Notes under the pieces: generated by a model | The model's input: only the letters and a program-made list of their open reading frames with translations | Told to the model about the DNA's origin: nothing | Database searches by the model: none | Translations under genes and position numbers: made by a program | Assembly (NCBI GenBank): GCA_977016875.1 | Contig: CDRNST010000079.1 | Span: 1,054,001-1,118,000, forward strand | Source: Pavona decussata | Taxonomy: Eukaryota | Reading direction: 5' to 3' | DNA: 64,000 nucleotides | Part shown: piece by piece, positions 1-12,500 of the stretch | How the letters are laid out: every line of letters starts with the position of its first letter | Numbering within the stretch: position 1 is the stretch's first letter

Positions 1-63
1 CAACTAACAAGTAACAAAAAGATACATAAAAATAAGCAATTAAACAAAAAAATAGCTCTTTAC

Positions 64-180
64 TGTCGGTGGTGACACAGCCGATGAATTTGATGATGTT
101 AGGCTGAGGACTTTCGGCAAGACGTTTTCCCAAGTCGATTTCCCTCATCAGTGATTTTCTTCCTTCTTCCCCAGAAGTAG
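64..180 (-). CDS. RTK exon: kinase alphaC to subdomain IV
   Basis: cag|CT ACT...GAC A|gtaaag; (P)[38 protein letters not shown], phase 1-1, contains the alphaC Glu and the NII.F.G.VT motif. Confidence 0.93.
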
Positions 181-3100
181 CTGCGATAAATAAAATCAAA
201 ATGTTTTCAGACTGCTGGTAAAACTGCTATACTGCTCAACAAAGTCATGAAAGGTTTGTCTGAACTGTCCAATAGGCGGCACTTAAAACAAGAAAAGTTT
301 TTTACCGGTCTATAAGCACACGAGCTCGCGACGTGTACGGGTAACAATTTATGCTTAAATTGCCACAAGGCTACATATCTAGCATTATTATAGCGTTAAA
401 AGACAAATCTGGTTGAAAGTCTTCAAGTGGTCTTTGGCCAAGAGATTTTGGTCGGAGTAACCATCAAAGCACTAATAAATGGATGTGAGGCATCTAAAAC
501 ACTACGGCAATACTGAACATCGCCCTAAAATACTGGATCTGCTGTCCGTTTGTCTATTGCACAATCCAAGCTTCAAACTCGGAGTTGATGTTGAAAGCTA
601 TTTGGGGAGAAGCATCTCTGGAACATCCAAAATCATTTAAAGTATCTTTGTTGAAGGCCATACAAAATCAAAGAATTCTAGGGTTGAAAAGGTGAGCGTA
701 AAACCCCACAATATGGCCAGGACCTCTTAGAGGTATTTTTGCACATACATGTGCGAGGTCGCAAGTAACTTACGTTAATACCCAAAAGATTCTCTTGTGT
801 CTTCTAATTAATTTCCCCTTTATTTTCGGAATGAAACAGATTGACCTAATGCTCTGCAAGCCACTTTAATCACAACACTGGTTAGCGTGCGAAACATGGA
901 CAGCTGCATGTTTTTGTCCTACAAATAGTTCAGTTTTTATGGTCTAAAAAAGATTAAATGGAGCTTACGTGTAAAGCATTTTGCTGCAACAATCTGTTTA
1001 CCACGTCCTTCGTTTGGGTGGCTCAAGGCTGCTCGCCAAACTGCTCCAAATCCCCCTGTGCCAATAACTTCACGAAGTTGAATGCGGCTACGTGATATCT
1101 CCCATTCATCCGCCTCATGATCCAACACATCCATCTCATATCCCTGCTCTTCATCTTGGCTAGATGGTATTCAAATAATAAAAAGGTGTTTTTAATTTGA
1201 TGTATAATAAGACTACGTCATTTACGCTTTTTTGTCTGAGTACCTATCAAATTGCGTCCAAAACGTTCATAAGTCGTTCAATCCAGACACTAAGACGAAT
1301 TTTATTGACTTTTGTGATGAACAAATAAAACCTGAGTCAGCGTAGTAGTCTGCGTTGGAGAAAAATGCCAGAGCCCTCAGCGTTCTCAATTGTCGGTCTC
1401 ACAGATTTATTGCTGTGTAGGGTGAAATCATGGGGCCGTCTTGTAATCAAGGGCTACTTTTGCTACATTCCGGTTAAAAAAAAAGGGGGGGGGGGGGGAA
1501 TCAAAGGTTTTTTAGTCTTCTCCATACTGTTTATCTCATTTTTTGTTGCATGTCAATTACATTGGAAGTCTTGCACTTTGACCACAGGTACAAACAACTA
1601 CACCACACAAGATAATTCCACTTACTTGGTCGCAGCTGTGCTCCCAAGCAAAAAAAAGATCAAACAAAAAAAATTAGTCAGCTGCGTTTAGAGTTCAGTA
1701 GGAATATTTACTGTCGGTTCATATCATTAACACAATTTTCACCAAGACACAAAATCAGGAATTCTGTACAAACATGTGACTGGTCTACTTTTAATAATCA
1801 TACGATAAAAAAAACTAAACTTTATTGATAATTTTGTTCGATGTTTTTAGCCTAAAATTCGACATATTGTGTCATGATAACAAAAGGAGGTAAAATAGAC
1901 TTGTGCCAAAACAATTCCCTCTAAATGTTTCCTGCAGACGGTATTTTTATTTATTTATTTATTTATTTATTTATTTGTTTGCGTTTCACAGCCGAGCGGA
2001 GGTAAGCTAGTCACGCGTGACTTGCGCTTCACGCTCGCCTCGCGCGAACCTCGTTCCCAGAGCTTTTCCCTTGTAAAATGGGGAGTGGCGGGAAAAGACC
2101 CTGGAATTGACTGGTCTCGTGCTCAACCAAATCCCAAAAATCTTGGTCGTAATAAATTAGCGATGAATAGATTATCATAATGGGTCACATGATCCAACTG
2201 ACCCCGACGGGCGCTTCGCGTTCGAACGAGTAAATAAACGCCTGTTATGCAGTAACATTAAGCATTATTATCGTAGCAAGATGCATGGCGGGAACAGTAA
2301 GAAAGTATACGTGGTAACTCGGCTTGGGTTGGCTTTAAGGTGGCCGAATACAGTTTTTTAGTGTACAGGTGTTAGAAGACGTTATTTGGAAACTATGTAT
2401 TTCTGGAAGCCCAAAATTCGGGTATGGTGTAAGACTAACTAAGAAGGAATGTATTTTTGTACGTCTTGTTGAGCTAAGTACCGTTTCCATGGCAACGCAG
2501 CGAACTATTAAACGTCCATAAATAGTAATGTACTCATTAGCTTTTTTCCATTTTTGTATCCAAAAAAGCTCACAAAACACTGACACAGTTGCACTATTTT
2601 CATGTAATTTTAACAGAGAGATCGCCTGTAAATATTGATTTTGCATTTTAATGTTTTGTGAAGATACCCTCTGTTAGATTTAGGTTTCTCTTTGTAGGCG
2701 AATCACGCTTTTAGGAAACTACTTTCATGCCAAATGTCACGAAATTCTAATGAGCGGTTCCTTAGAAAACAGTTCATTTCCACGAAAACAACCAGTCGCA
2801 TTTTTTTGGTCACATGCGCATGCGTGGTTTTAATTGGGTTTCATGGCGAAGATGAAAAGCATGCAAAAAGTCTTGGTGAATGACTTTTTTGCTCGGAAAG
2901 AAAATAAAAAGAGTCCAGAAACAAGAAACTTAGTTATTTAGGATCAAAACTTAACTTTATTATCCATTTCATGTGAAATTGAGGGATCACTTTATCGACC
3001 GCCGTATTTGCGTACCACAACCCTAGCGCGCGCTTAATAGCATCACTAACAGAATCTGTAAAGCGCGCGCAAACTGTGTCCGTTAATTTTCTTCTTTCAG

Positions 3101-3497
3101 TTTCTTCAAGTCCTCAAGTGAGGAGTTTTGAGTATGTGCGGTCATATGCTGAAAGAGCTGAAAGGCCTAGATGTTATTGTCGTTCTCTCAAGTGGTCTCG
3201 GGAAATTTCTACTATTCCATCTCCTACCTGACTTCTTTCTAGTCAAGGGAGAAAAAAGTATCGTTCTTTGTCTGCTCTATAAACTCAATCACAAAAGACC
3301 AACTACGTAAAAGTTTGATACTGTTAAAATACTGTTACTGTTAAATGAGGGAAATCATTTTGTATTCTGAGTCCTGTGGCTTTCGGCTAATCCCTATATA
3401 ATTAGATCTCTTGCCTCTTTCTGTTCAGCTTGCGATTATACTTCTTGCGCCGTCTGAGGCAAGTAAGCTAGGTTCGGTTTGGCTCACTTAAGGACGT

Positions 3498-3528
<31 letters not shown>

Positions 3529-6500
3529 TGCATCTGGAGATACTCGGGTTTCCTATGGGTGGTTCCCGCTAACACAGGAATATTTCTGCGCGGTTCAAAA
3601 CTATACGGAGAAAACAGAACGTAGCATGTGCTCTTGGTATCCCAAAAAAAAATTGGGGATAACTATGCATTTTTCAGAGATAACTAAGCTTCAATTTAGA
3701 AAAAAAAATTGCTTTATATTTTGGCACTTTTTAGAAAAATGCGTGGTTACCCCCAACTTTCGTTTTGGATTCGAAAAGACCTTGCTAAGATCTGCTTCTC
3801 CCATAGTCATAAACCTCGCAAAAATACTTTATTATAAGGCAGTCCTTAAGAGTGCCTGACTGTAACTTTTGAGAATCGCTGGCCAAGCTTGAAAAATCGA
3901 AACTCCTGATAATTTGCCTAAAGTTTGCTTTTGGGGAACTATCTTCGAAAATATTATTTGAATGTTCTGGAAATTTTTAGTTTTCGAGAATTTTGGAGAA
4001 AACGAAATAACGGGTTTTGCCTCATTAATTATGCAAAAATCTCACTCAAAATTAGCCAAATTCAATACGCTTGTGTTGAAACAGTACGCAACGCTAGAAA
4101 ACGAGGTTGGTTTTGATTAAAAGCATAACTCACCTACTTTCTGTCAATAGGACCTATGTAAACTTTTGTAGAACTTTAAAGGGTTTTATGGCTCTTTGAA
4201 AAATTGACATTTTGAGGACTTCGCGATGAGGCGAAAATTGAGTAAGTTTGAAGGTTTAAAATGCATCTTGGTATGTCAGGTATTGACTCGAGAGGAACAT
4301 TGTGATGAAGCTTGGGTCTTTGTCTTTAATAATACAAAATAAAAAATCTGGGCAATCAATGCACGCGCTGACGAAAACCAAAGTTAGCGAGGCTTCGTTA
4401 ACAAATTTGCATAATTCGCAACTGTTGAGAAAATGCTATGTTGTGGCGACTCGGTGAAAACATTGACTCAGGCTATCTTCAAAAGATCATTTTACTTTAT
4501 ATTGCATTTGTCTGTTTCTCTTTCTTGTTTAATAACGTGGTAGAAAAGGTCTGGACAAAAAAAAGTGCGTGATCGGAAAAGAAAATATTTGCCAAATTCT
4601 GGTGGGAAATTTGCATAATGCAAATCTCCCAATAAATCTTTCTGCAAAAGAATCTGATTGGGAAGGTTTCGTTAAGAGACCATTTGACCGAAACACTCCA
4701 TATAAAAGGAGTCAAAACAACGTTTAATTATCCGATTTCAACAAATAATTGTCGAATCTTTATAACCTTTAAATTATATTGTCAAACTGATATTCGCTAT
4801 TGCGTTACCTGCGTCACGTCATTAGCTGTCGATATGTCTTAAAAGATGCCCACAAACCAACTTGGGCTGCGAAATCACCATTTACAACAACTAGAAAAAA
4901 GACCTTTATTTACCGGCATTTGAGCGGTTTTGATAAAAATAAGACGTTCACATGACACTGGAATACACGCTTGTCATTGAGTAGGAAAGTTTGACATAGA
5001 TCAGAGTCGTCGAAGTGAATATTATTAATTAAATAAAGTTTGTTTACTGGTATGCTTTTTCCAATAGCCAGTCCAACCTTTTTCAGTGGCCTTCCAAATA
5101 ATGATCGCCCAGAAGCGGGTCATTAAACAAAACCCCTCTCTGTTCGTGTTGTTTGATATTTTACCTTCGGAAGTGACTGAAAAACAATGTAAGCCGGCAC
5201 GCCATATTTTAACGTAAATACTGGTATGAAATTTCACACATGCACGGATACATGCTTCAAAACCTGTGAGCCAATTTCCGTTTAGCAAAATAATAACCTA
5301 CCTACGGTCCACATTGGCTGTAAGGCATGTATTTATCTTTGTCGAATGTCAACAACAGAAACACGGGTATCTCAGTGACCCTGTCTACTGCATACATGAC
5401 AGGTAGCCGAAGCTCTATGACCTTTGTTTGACCTTTCTATTGTCATGTCACGATGAGTGTTACGCAATGGCGTAAATTATAAGGGTTTGTATGGGAATTT
5501 ACGAACGTGTTTTGGAGTCGAAAATAAAGGGCATAAATTGAACAAAAATTGCTTATCTTGTCTCCTTGATCTCTTGCCAGTGTTTGTGCGCCATATTTTG
5601 GCCATTTCAGTACGATTCCAGTGGGTTTGCTGAACATTTTCCTTGCTCTATATCCTGCTACATATGCCCCCAAAAGGTTGGTCACTTTTAATTAGTAGCA
5701 ATAGTTTTCTGTGCAACGTCAACAATGCGGTCAGTATAAAATCTGAGTCGCGGACAAAGGACTGCGGACCACGGACTGGGTATAAAAGAGAAACTAAGGT
5801 AAGTGAAGGACTAAGGACTACGGGCTAGGTTTAAAGGAGAACTGAAGTCTGAAAATCATATCTTTCTTGTGTTCATTCTCAGTAAGTTTAAGATGTATCA
5901 AATCAAGTTTCGGTAGTTGTTTTTGTCCCTTTATTTATTTATTTTTGGAAACAAACAAGGACTGGGAATAAGATAGTGAGGATCGACAGCGCAAACATAA
6001 AATCTTTCTTTATCTTAGCGAAACTGCTGGATTTTTAATACGCGCTGAAGAGAGCCGTCATTTTCGTTTTTAGCATTCACCTTAGGGTTCGATATGGTGA
6101 AAACTGGCGTGATTAAATGCGCAAAAGGATGTTTGATGATCTTTGATCGTAATCAGCCAATGAGCCCACGTGCACAACCATGTAGATGTCGTTCATAGAC
6201 ATGTATGCAGTAGATATTGCGTATCACTGAGATACCCATGTTTCTGTTGTTGACATTCGACAAAGATAAATACATGCCCTACAGCCAATGTAAACTGTAG
6301 GGCGTGCAGTCAGTCCATAGTCCGTAGTCCATAGTCCTTCTATCCCGGTACTAACTTTATTCCTATTCCGTGGTCCGTAGTTCTTCCGCGTTGTGAACGT
6401 TGCAATTTATTTCAAAGAATACTATTGCTACCGAAGTGACCACGGTTTTGGGGATATATATCTATAGTAGGATACCGTATAGAGAGAGAGAAAAATTTCA

Positions 6501-9500
6501 GCCAACCGAAAACCCACTGGAATCGTACTGAAATGGCCAAAATATGGCACAAACCCTGGCAAGATATCTATTAGACAAGGTAAGCAATTTTTGTTCAATT
6601 CATGCCCTTTACTTTCGACTCCAAAACACGTTCGTAAATTCCCATACAAACCCTTATAATTTCCGCCATTGCGTAACCCTCATCGTGACATGAAAATATA
6701 AAGATCAAACAACGGTCATAGAGCTTCGGCTACCTGTGATGTATGGAGTAGACGTTGCGTGTCTACAGTGTCAAGAGATACCCGTGTTTCTGTTGTTGAC
6801 ATTCGACAAAAATAAATGCATGCCCTACAGCCAATGTGGGCTGTAGGTAGAAACTAAGTTATTATTTTGTTAAACAGAAATTGTTACACAGGTTTTGAAG
6901 CGTGTATCCGTGCATGTGTGATATTTCATACCACTAATTACGTAAAAATATAGCGTGCCGTCTGACATTGTTTTTCAGTCGCTTGCGAAGGTACAGTATC
7001 AAACAACACGAACAGAGAGTTTTTTCGAGTGACCCACTTCTGGGTGATCATTATTTGGAAGGCCACTGAAGAAGGTTGGACTAGCTATTTGAAAAAGCAT
7101 TCCAGTAAACAAACTTGATTAATTAAAAATATTCACTTTGACCGACCCTATGTCCAACTTTCCCATCTCATTTGACAAGCATGTATCTTTTAAACGTGAT
7201 TCAAGTGTCATGTGAACTTTTACTTTTATCAAAACCACTCATATGCCAGTAAATAAAGTTTTTTTTTCTAGTTGTTGTAAATGGCAATTTCGCAGCACAA
7301 GTTGGTTTGTGGGCGTTATATTGTAAGACATATCGACAACTACTGACATGACGCAGGTAACGCAATAGCGAGTATCAGTTTGGCACTATTAATTTAAAGG
7401 TTAAGATTCGACACTAATTGGTTGGAATCGAATTATTAAACGTTGTTTTGTCTCCTTTTGTAAGGAGTGTTTCGGTCAAATGGTCTCTTAACGAAACCAT
7501 CCCAATCAGATTCCTTTGCAGAAAGATTTATTGGGAGATTTGCATTATGCAAATTTCCCACCAGAATTTGGCAAATATTTTCTTTTCCGATCACGCACTT
7601 TTTTTTGTCCAGACCTTTTCTACCACGTTATTAAACAAGAAAGAGAAACAGACAAATGCAATATGAGGTAAAATGACCATTTGAAGATAGCCTGAGTCAA
7701 TGTTTTCACCAAGTCGCCACAACATAGCATTTTCTCAACAGTTGCGAATTATGCAAATTTGTTAACGAAGCCTCGCTAACTTTGGTTTTCGTCAGCGCGT
7801 GCATTGATTGCCCAGATTTTTTATTTCGTATTATTAAAGACGAAGACCCAAGCTACATCACAATGTTCCACTCGAGTCGATACCTGACATACCAAGATGC
7901 ATTTTAAACCTTCAAACTTACTCAATTTTCGCCTCATCGCGAAGTCCTCAAAATGTCAATTTTTCAAAGAGCCATAAAACCCTTTAAAGTTCTACAAAAG
8001 TTTACATAGGTCCCATTGACAGAACGTAGATGAGTTATGCTCTTATTCAAAACCGACCTCGCTTTCTAGCGTTGCGTACTGTTTCAACACAAGCGTATTG
8101 AACTTGGCTAATTTTGAGTGAGATTTTTGCATAACTAATGAAGCAAAACCCGTTATTTCGTTTTCTCCAAAATTCTCGAAAACTAAAAATTTCCAGAACA
8201 TTCAAATAATATTTTCGAAGATAGTTCCCCAAAAGCAAACTTTAGGCAGATTATCAGGAGTTTCGATATTTCAAGCTTGGCCAGCGATTATCGAAAGTTA
8301 CAGTCAGGCACTCTTAAGGACTGCCTTATAATAAAGTATTTTTGCGAGGTTTATGACTATGGGAGAAGCAGATCTCTTAAGAGCCATTGTCAGTAACTTT
8401 CGAGAATCCGGCGACAGAAGCGAAAATTCGAATTTCTTTTTATTTGCCCCAAAAGACCCTTTTGGTAAACTATTTTCAAAAATAATATTTAAAAGTTCGA
8501 GCGAATTTTTATTTTGACAAAAATTGGGAAAGTTCGAAGTAAGAGCATTCCGTTATATCTAGTTTTCAGTCGTGTTATTCGGTTGTGATTGAATGAGTCA
8601 AGTAGTCAGTAACAATGTTGCACTATTCTTCAGTATTTTCGACAAACACACTGAGAAACAAAGCCTGATTGGCAAGTGCATTTATACAGATGGGCAGAGA
8701 GAAGATTTTTGTTTCTACTTTCTGGTCATAAATGTATACAGAGGTAAAGCAACGGACGCGTTTCATCCATGTGGCGAGTTGAGAAACGGCTGATGTTTAC
8801 ATTTACGTCGGTGCGCGATTTTTTCAGTTTTTTCTTGCGGTGGACTTCATTCATGATTCGTAATATTTTAGGCAAATTCTGTTTTAGATCACATAAAAAG
8901 GGAGCATTTACACTTTCTAGATTCAAAATAACGATACTTTGGAAGTGTAGCATGATATGAGAGGCAGGGTATTAATTCCACTGTTTTCCGAGTTATTTCC
9001 CAGGGAACGCCTCTTTCATCACGCTTGAACGGCTTAATATAAACTCGAAAATTTCACCTGAAAAGAACCATTTGATAACTTAATGCTAATATGGGGAGCA
9101 CTCAAGTTTAAAGCTAGTTATTTACGCGTATAAAAGCATGAAATGAAACTAGAGACCTTGGCTTTTATCTGAAAGCTTCCATGAACTGTATTGCCACGTG
9201 CCATGAAAGTAACAGGAGGAACATGTAGTACTGAAATGGCGAATTGTATCAAAGTGCATTCCACAGATCTCGACCTAGCGCGCTCACTTTTTACGGGCCA
9301 AACTAAATATTTCAGCATGATAAATAAGAACAGTTGCCCGTTCAAAAAAGTTATTTCATTACCAGTATATTTGTATACCTCCGATGATATGGCCATCTGA
9401 AATATGGCAAAAATCACTCTATCTAAGAAATAGCAAACATTGTATTCTTTACGTGGGCAACTTCAAAGGAAAGAATGTTCAAGTCGAGATAAAATATAAT

Positions 9501-12500
9501 TTGGAAGCAAGCATAAGGGATGTAAAAACGATTATGAAAGTATCAACTCGAGAAAACGTTGCCTTGTGTTGAAAGATAGTTTTGAAAATGTACTAATTTG
9601 CATAATTTCAATCGGGCCATCGGGCCCGTTTTGGCCGATATCGAACTTTCCCAATTTTTGACAAAATAAAAATTCGCTCGAATTTCGCTTCTGTCGCCGG
9701 GTTCTCGAAAGTTACTGGCAAAAGCTTTTCTTGTTGAAATCTATGCTGTCCGATAAGGTCACCCTTCGTCTTATTTTTTACGCTTTTCGTACGCATCACC
9801 ACAAACCCAAATCACTGACTAGACTAAGGACGGGAATCTTTTTGCAGTTGATTGCGCCATACGCAAGATTATTAAGATCAAAAGATTAAAAACTATTGGA
9901 TTGACAACGCTTGTTCTGCAGGCTACTTTAGGCATAATGCGATAGACCCTGTCTGTCCGGGAGATTTCAGACGGACATTCTTTAACCTGGTGGGCAGCTA
10001 TACTTGATTTTCCCGCTTGCACTCCTCTACTCACACTACCTAGAGAGAGACACCACCTTTGCCTGTAGGTGGCGATTGAAGATTTGTTTCTAATAAATGA
10101 CAACCTACTTTTTTTGACGAAAGTAGCTAGTATCTTGAGGGTATAAGCCCATTTAAAAATTAAATAAGAAATATAAATCTTCAAAATTAATTTTACAATT
10201 CTTTTTATTGACTGTATGTGCCTGGAAATCGGGAAAATAAATTTTATTATAGGTTATGTTGCAGATGGTGGTAGGCAATTCTTTCAGCGGCAATCTTTGT
10301 CTTGTAGCGAGTAATAACATGGTTTGTTTTTGCAATCAAAAGTTGCCCAGGGCAGCATTTTTTAATGTATTATTAATTCATATTCATTCTTCGGAGCTCC
10401 TCTAAGCAACTCAGCGGAAGTCAATAAAACGAGTACTGTCTAAGAACGCATGTTTTGCGGCGTGTTATATTTTGCTTAAATTTCTTGATAGCATTTTTCT
10501 AGATTTGATTTGATTTCTGGATATTTCTCAGCGATCTCCGCAAAGGATTGACAAACTTCACTCAGCATTTTATCTTGAAATTAAGCATTTCGATGCTTCT
10601 TTATGCCTTTTTTTATTCTACAGTTGGGTACGACGAGAAAGTTATAAAATCAACCGATGAAAACATCTGGTGAGGACACTTTTCTAGATCTGGTTTAATT
10701 ATTTGGATATTTCTCAGCAATCTCCGCAAAAGATTGGTGAACTTCACTTAGCATCTTGTTTTGAAATTATACAGTTAAATTCTTGTTTATTTCTTTTTAT
10801 TAAACAACTGGGTAAGAAGATAAATTTATAATATCAACCGATGAAAACATCGGCTAAGGGCACCTTTATCAGGCTAGATTCGGTTCAATATCTGGATATT
10901 TCTCAGGGATCTTCGCCAAAAAAAATGATAAACCTCACACGGCATTTTACTTTGAAATTATAGATTTCTACGCTTGTTTATGTTAGTTTTTTTTAAATAA
11001 ATAACCGGATAGGAAGAGAAAGTTATAACATCAACCGATGAGAACATCTGGTTAGGGCTAGAAGATTTTATTCATATGCAAATAGGTGACATTTTAAAGG
11101 TAATTAATTATTGAACAACTGCTTTCGAAGAAAAGTTTATATGACAGCATCAGCTGAAAACATCTGCTAACACTTCAGCAAATTTTATTCATATGCAAAT
11201 AGCTGACTGTATCGCAACTAATAAATAATCATTAAACAACTGCTTAGGAAGGGACGTTCTGACATCATGGGCTGAAATAACATTGCTTAATGTATAGTTT
11301 TAGGTAACTATTTCGCGTAGCATTTGTTGGTTTTTATCATCCACTCCCCATGATGTTTTGTGTTATTTGCAATTATATTGTCCTATTTGATTAAAAAAAA
11401 TTGTTCATTATATTTATTTCCGGATAAAATAATGAAAAACAATTTTTAAAAAATATATACAAAAGGACTCAAACAAAAATAATGATTTTGTAATGTATTT
11501 TTTCTTGATTTTGAAGTGGCTAATACTCTCGAGACGTTGTTTGACATTGCTTCATTTTATTAGGGTATTCCAACTTCATAACTGTTCATATCTTCTTTCA
11601 TCTGTCACATTGTTCATACGGTTTCCTTTTTCAGTTGTTAGAACCCTAGGTCCGAAAAGCTATCACATTATTGAAAAAAAAAAATGGCAAGTGTGCCGCA
11701 AGGACAAAATGTTCGTACCTGCCCTTCGACGTTTGCGAATGTACCAGGCGACTGACGTGAGAAATAATACAGCCAACAAAGGACCAACAATGTAGTACCA
11801 CTTCAGCGTCCATCCTGCAAAGGGATACGTGCGAGATCAATGTTAACGTACGGTGAGCAATTTGTTAACGCTCCTACTCTAGAAATCAGATCTATGACTA
11901 AACCAGCCAACTCCTGGATGAAATCATTAAAAGAAGTTGAAGAATCTTTTTTGAAATAATGCTGCTTACAATGCTCCACAAGGTAGTTTTTGTTGTATAG
12001 ACGACCATTCCGGCAAATAAAAAGCCTACGAATTTCGTATGAATCGGATCTACTTCAGAAGCCCCCCTCCCCCCCCCCCCCCCCCAAAAAAAAAAATCTT
12101 CTTCCCAATCTTCTACAAACCCCTCATCAAGGGTTATTGCGTATGGTTTCACTGTCCCAGTTTTGGCCGATTTGAACAATATTAATTGGAAATCCTAGCT
12201 TACTGGCAGCTCTCCAAAAAACTTCATCACTTGACCGCCATTTAGCTTCATTCCTGCTATTCTGTCCGCTGAGGCACAAAACGACACATCTTAAGACAAA
12301 TCAGCTTGAATTACATGCCGATCGTCTGTGTTTAGTTTAAATGACAACGCTTATCATAATTTCTTAATTTAGTAATTGCAGGATACTAGTTTTCAATATT
12401 TTACATGTTCGTGTATTTCAGTGACAGTTGCCTGAATTAAAAGAACACTTCACCTGCAGTAGATGCCATCCTATCTCCAACTTTGATCTCCACAGTCGAG

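Noticed and set aside
3925-8238. Repeated small ORFs ([11 protein letters not shown]..., ...[11 protein letters not shown]...), also near 40370 and 40969
   Set aside because: They recur only because they lie in copies of non-coding element B; no domain similarity or consistent start
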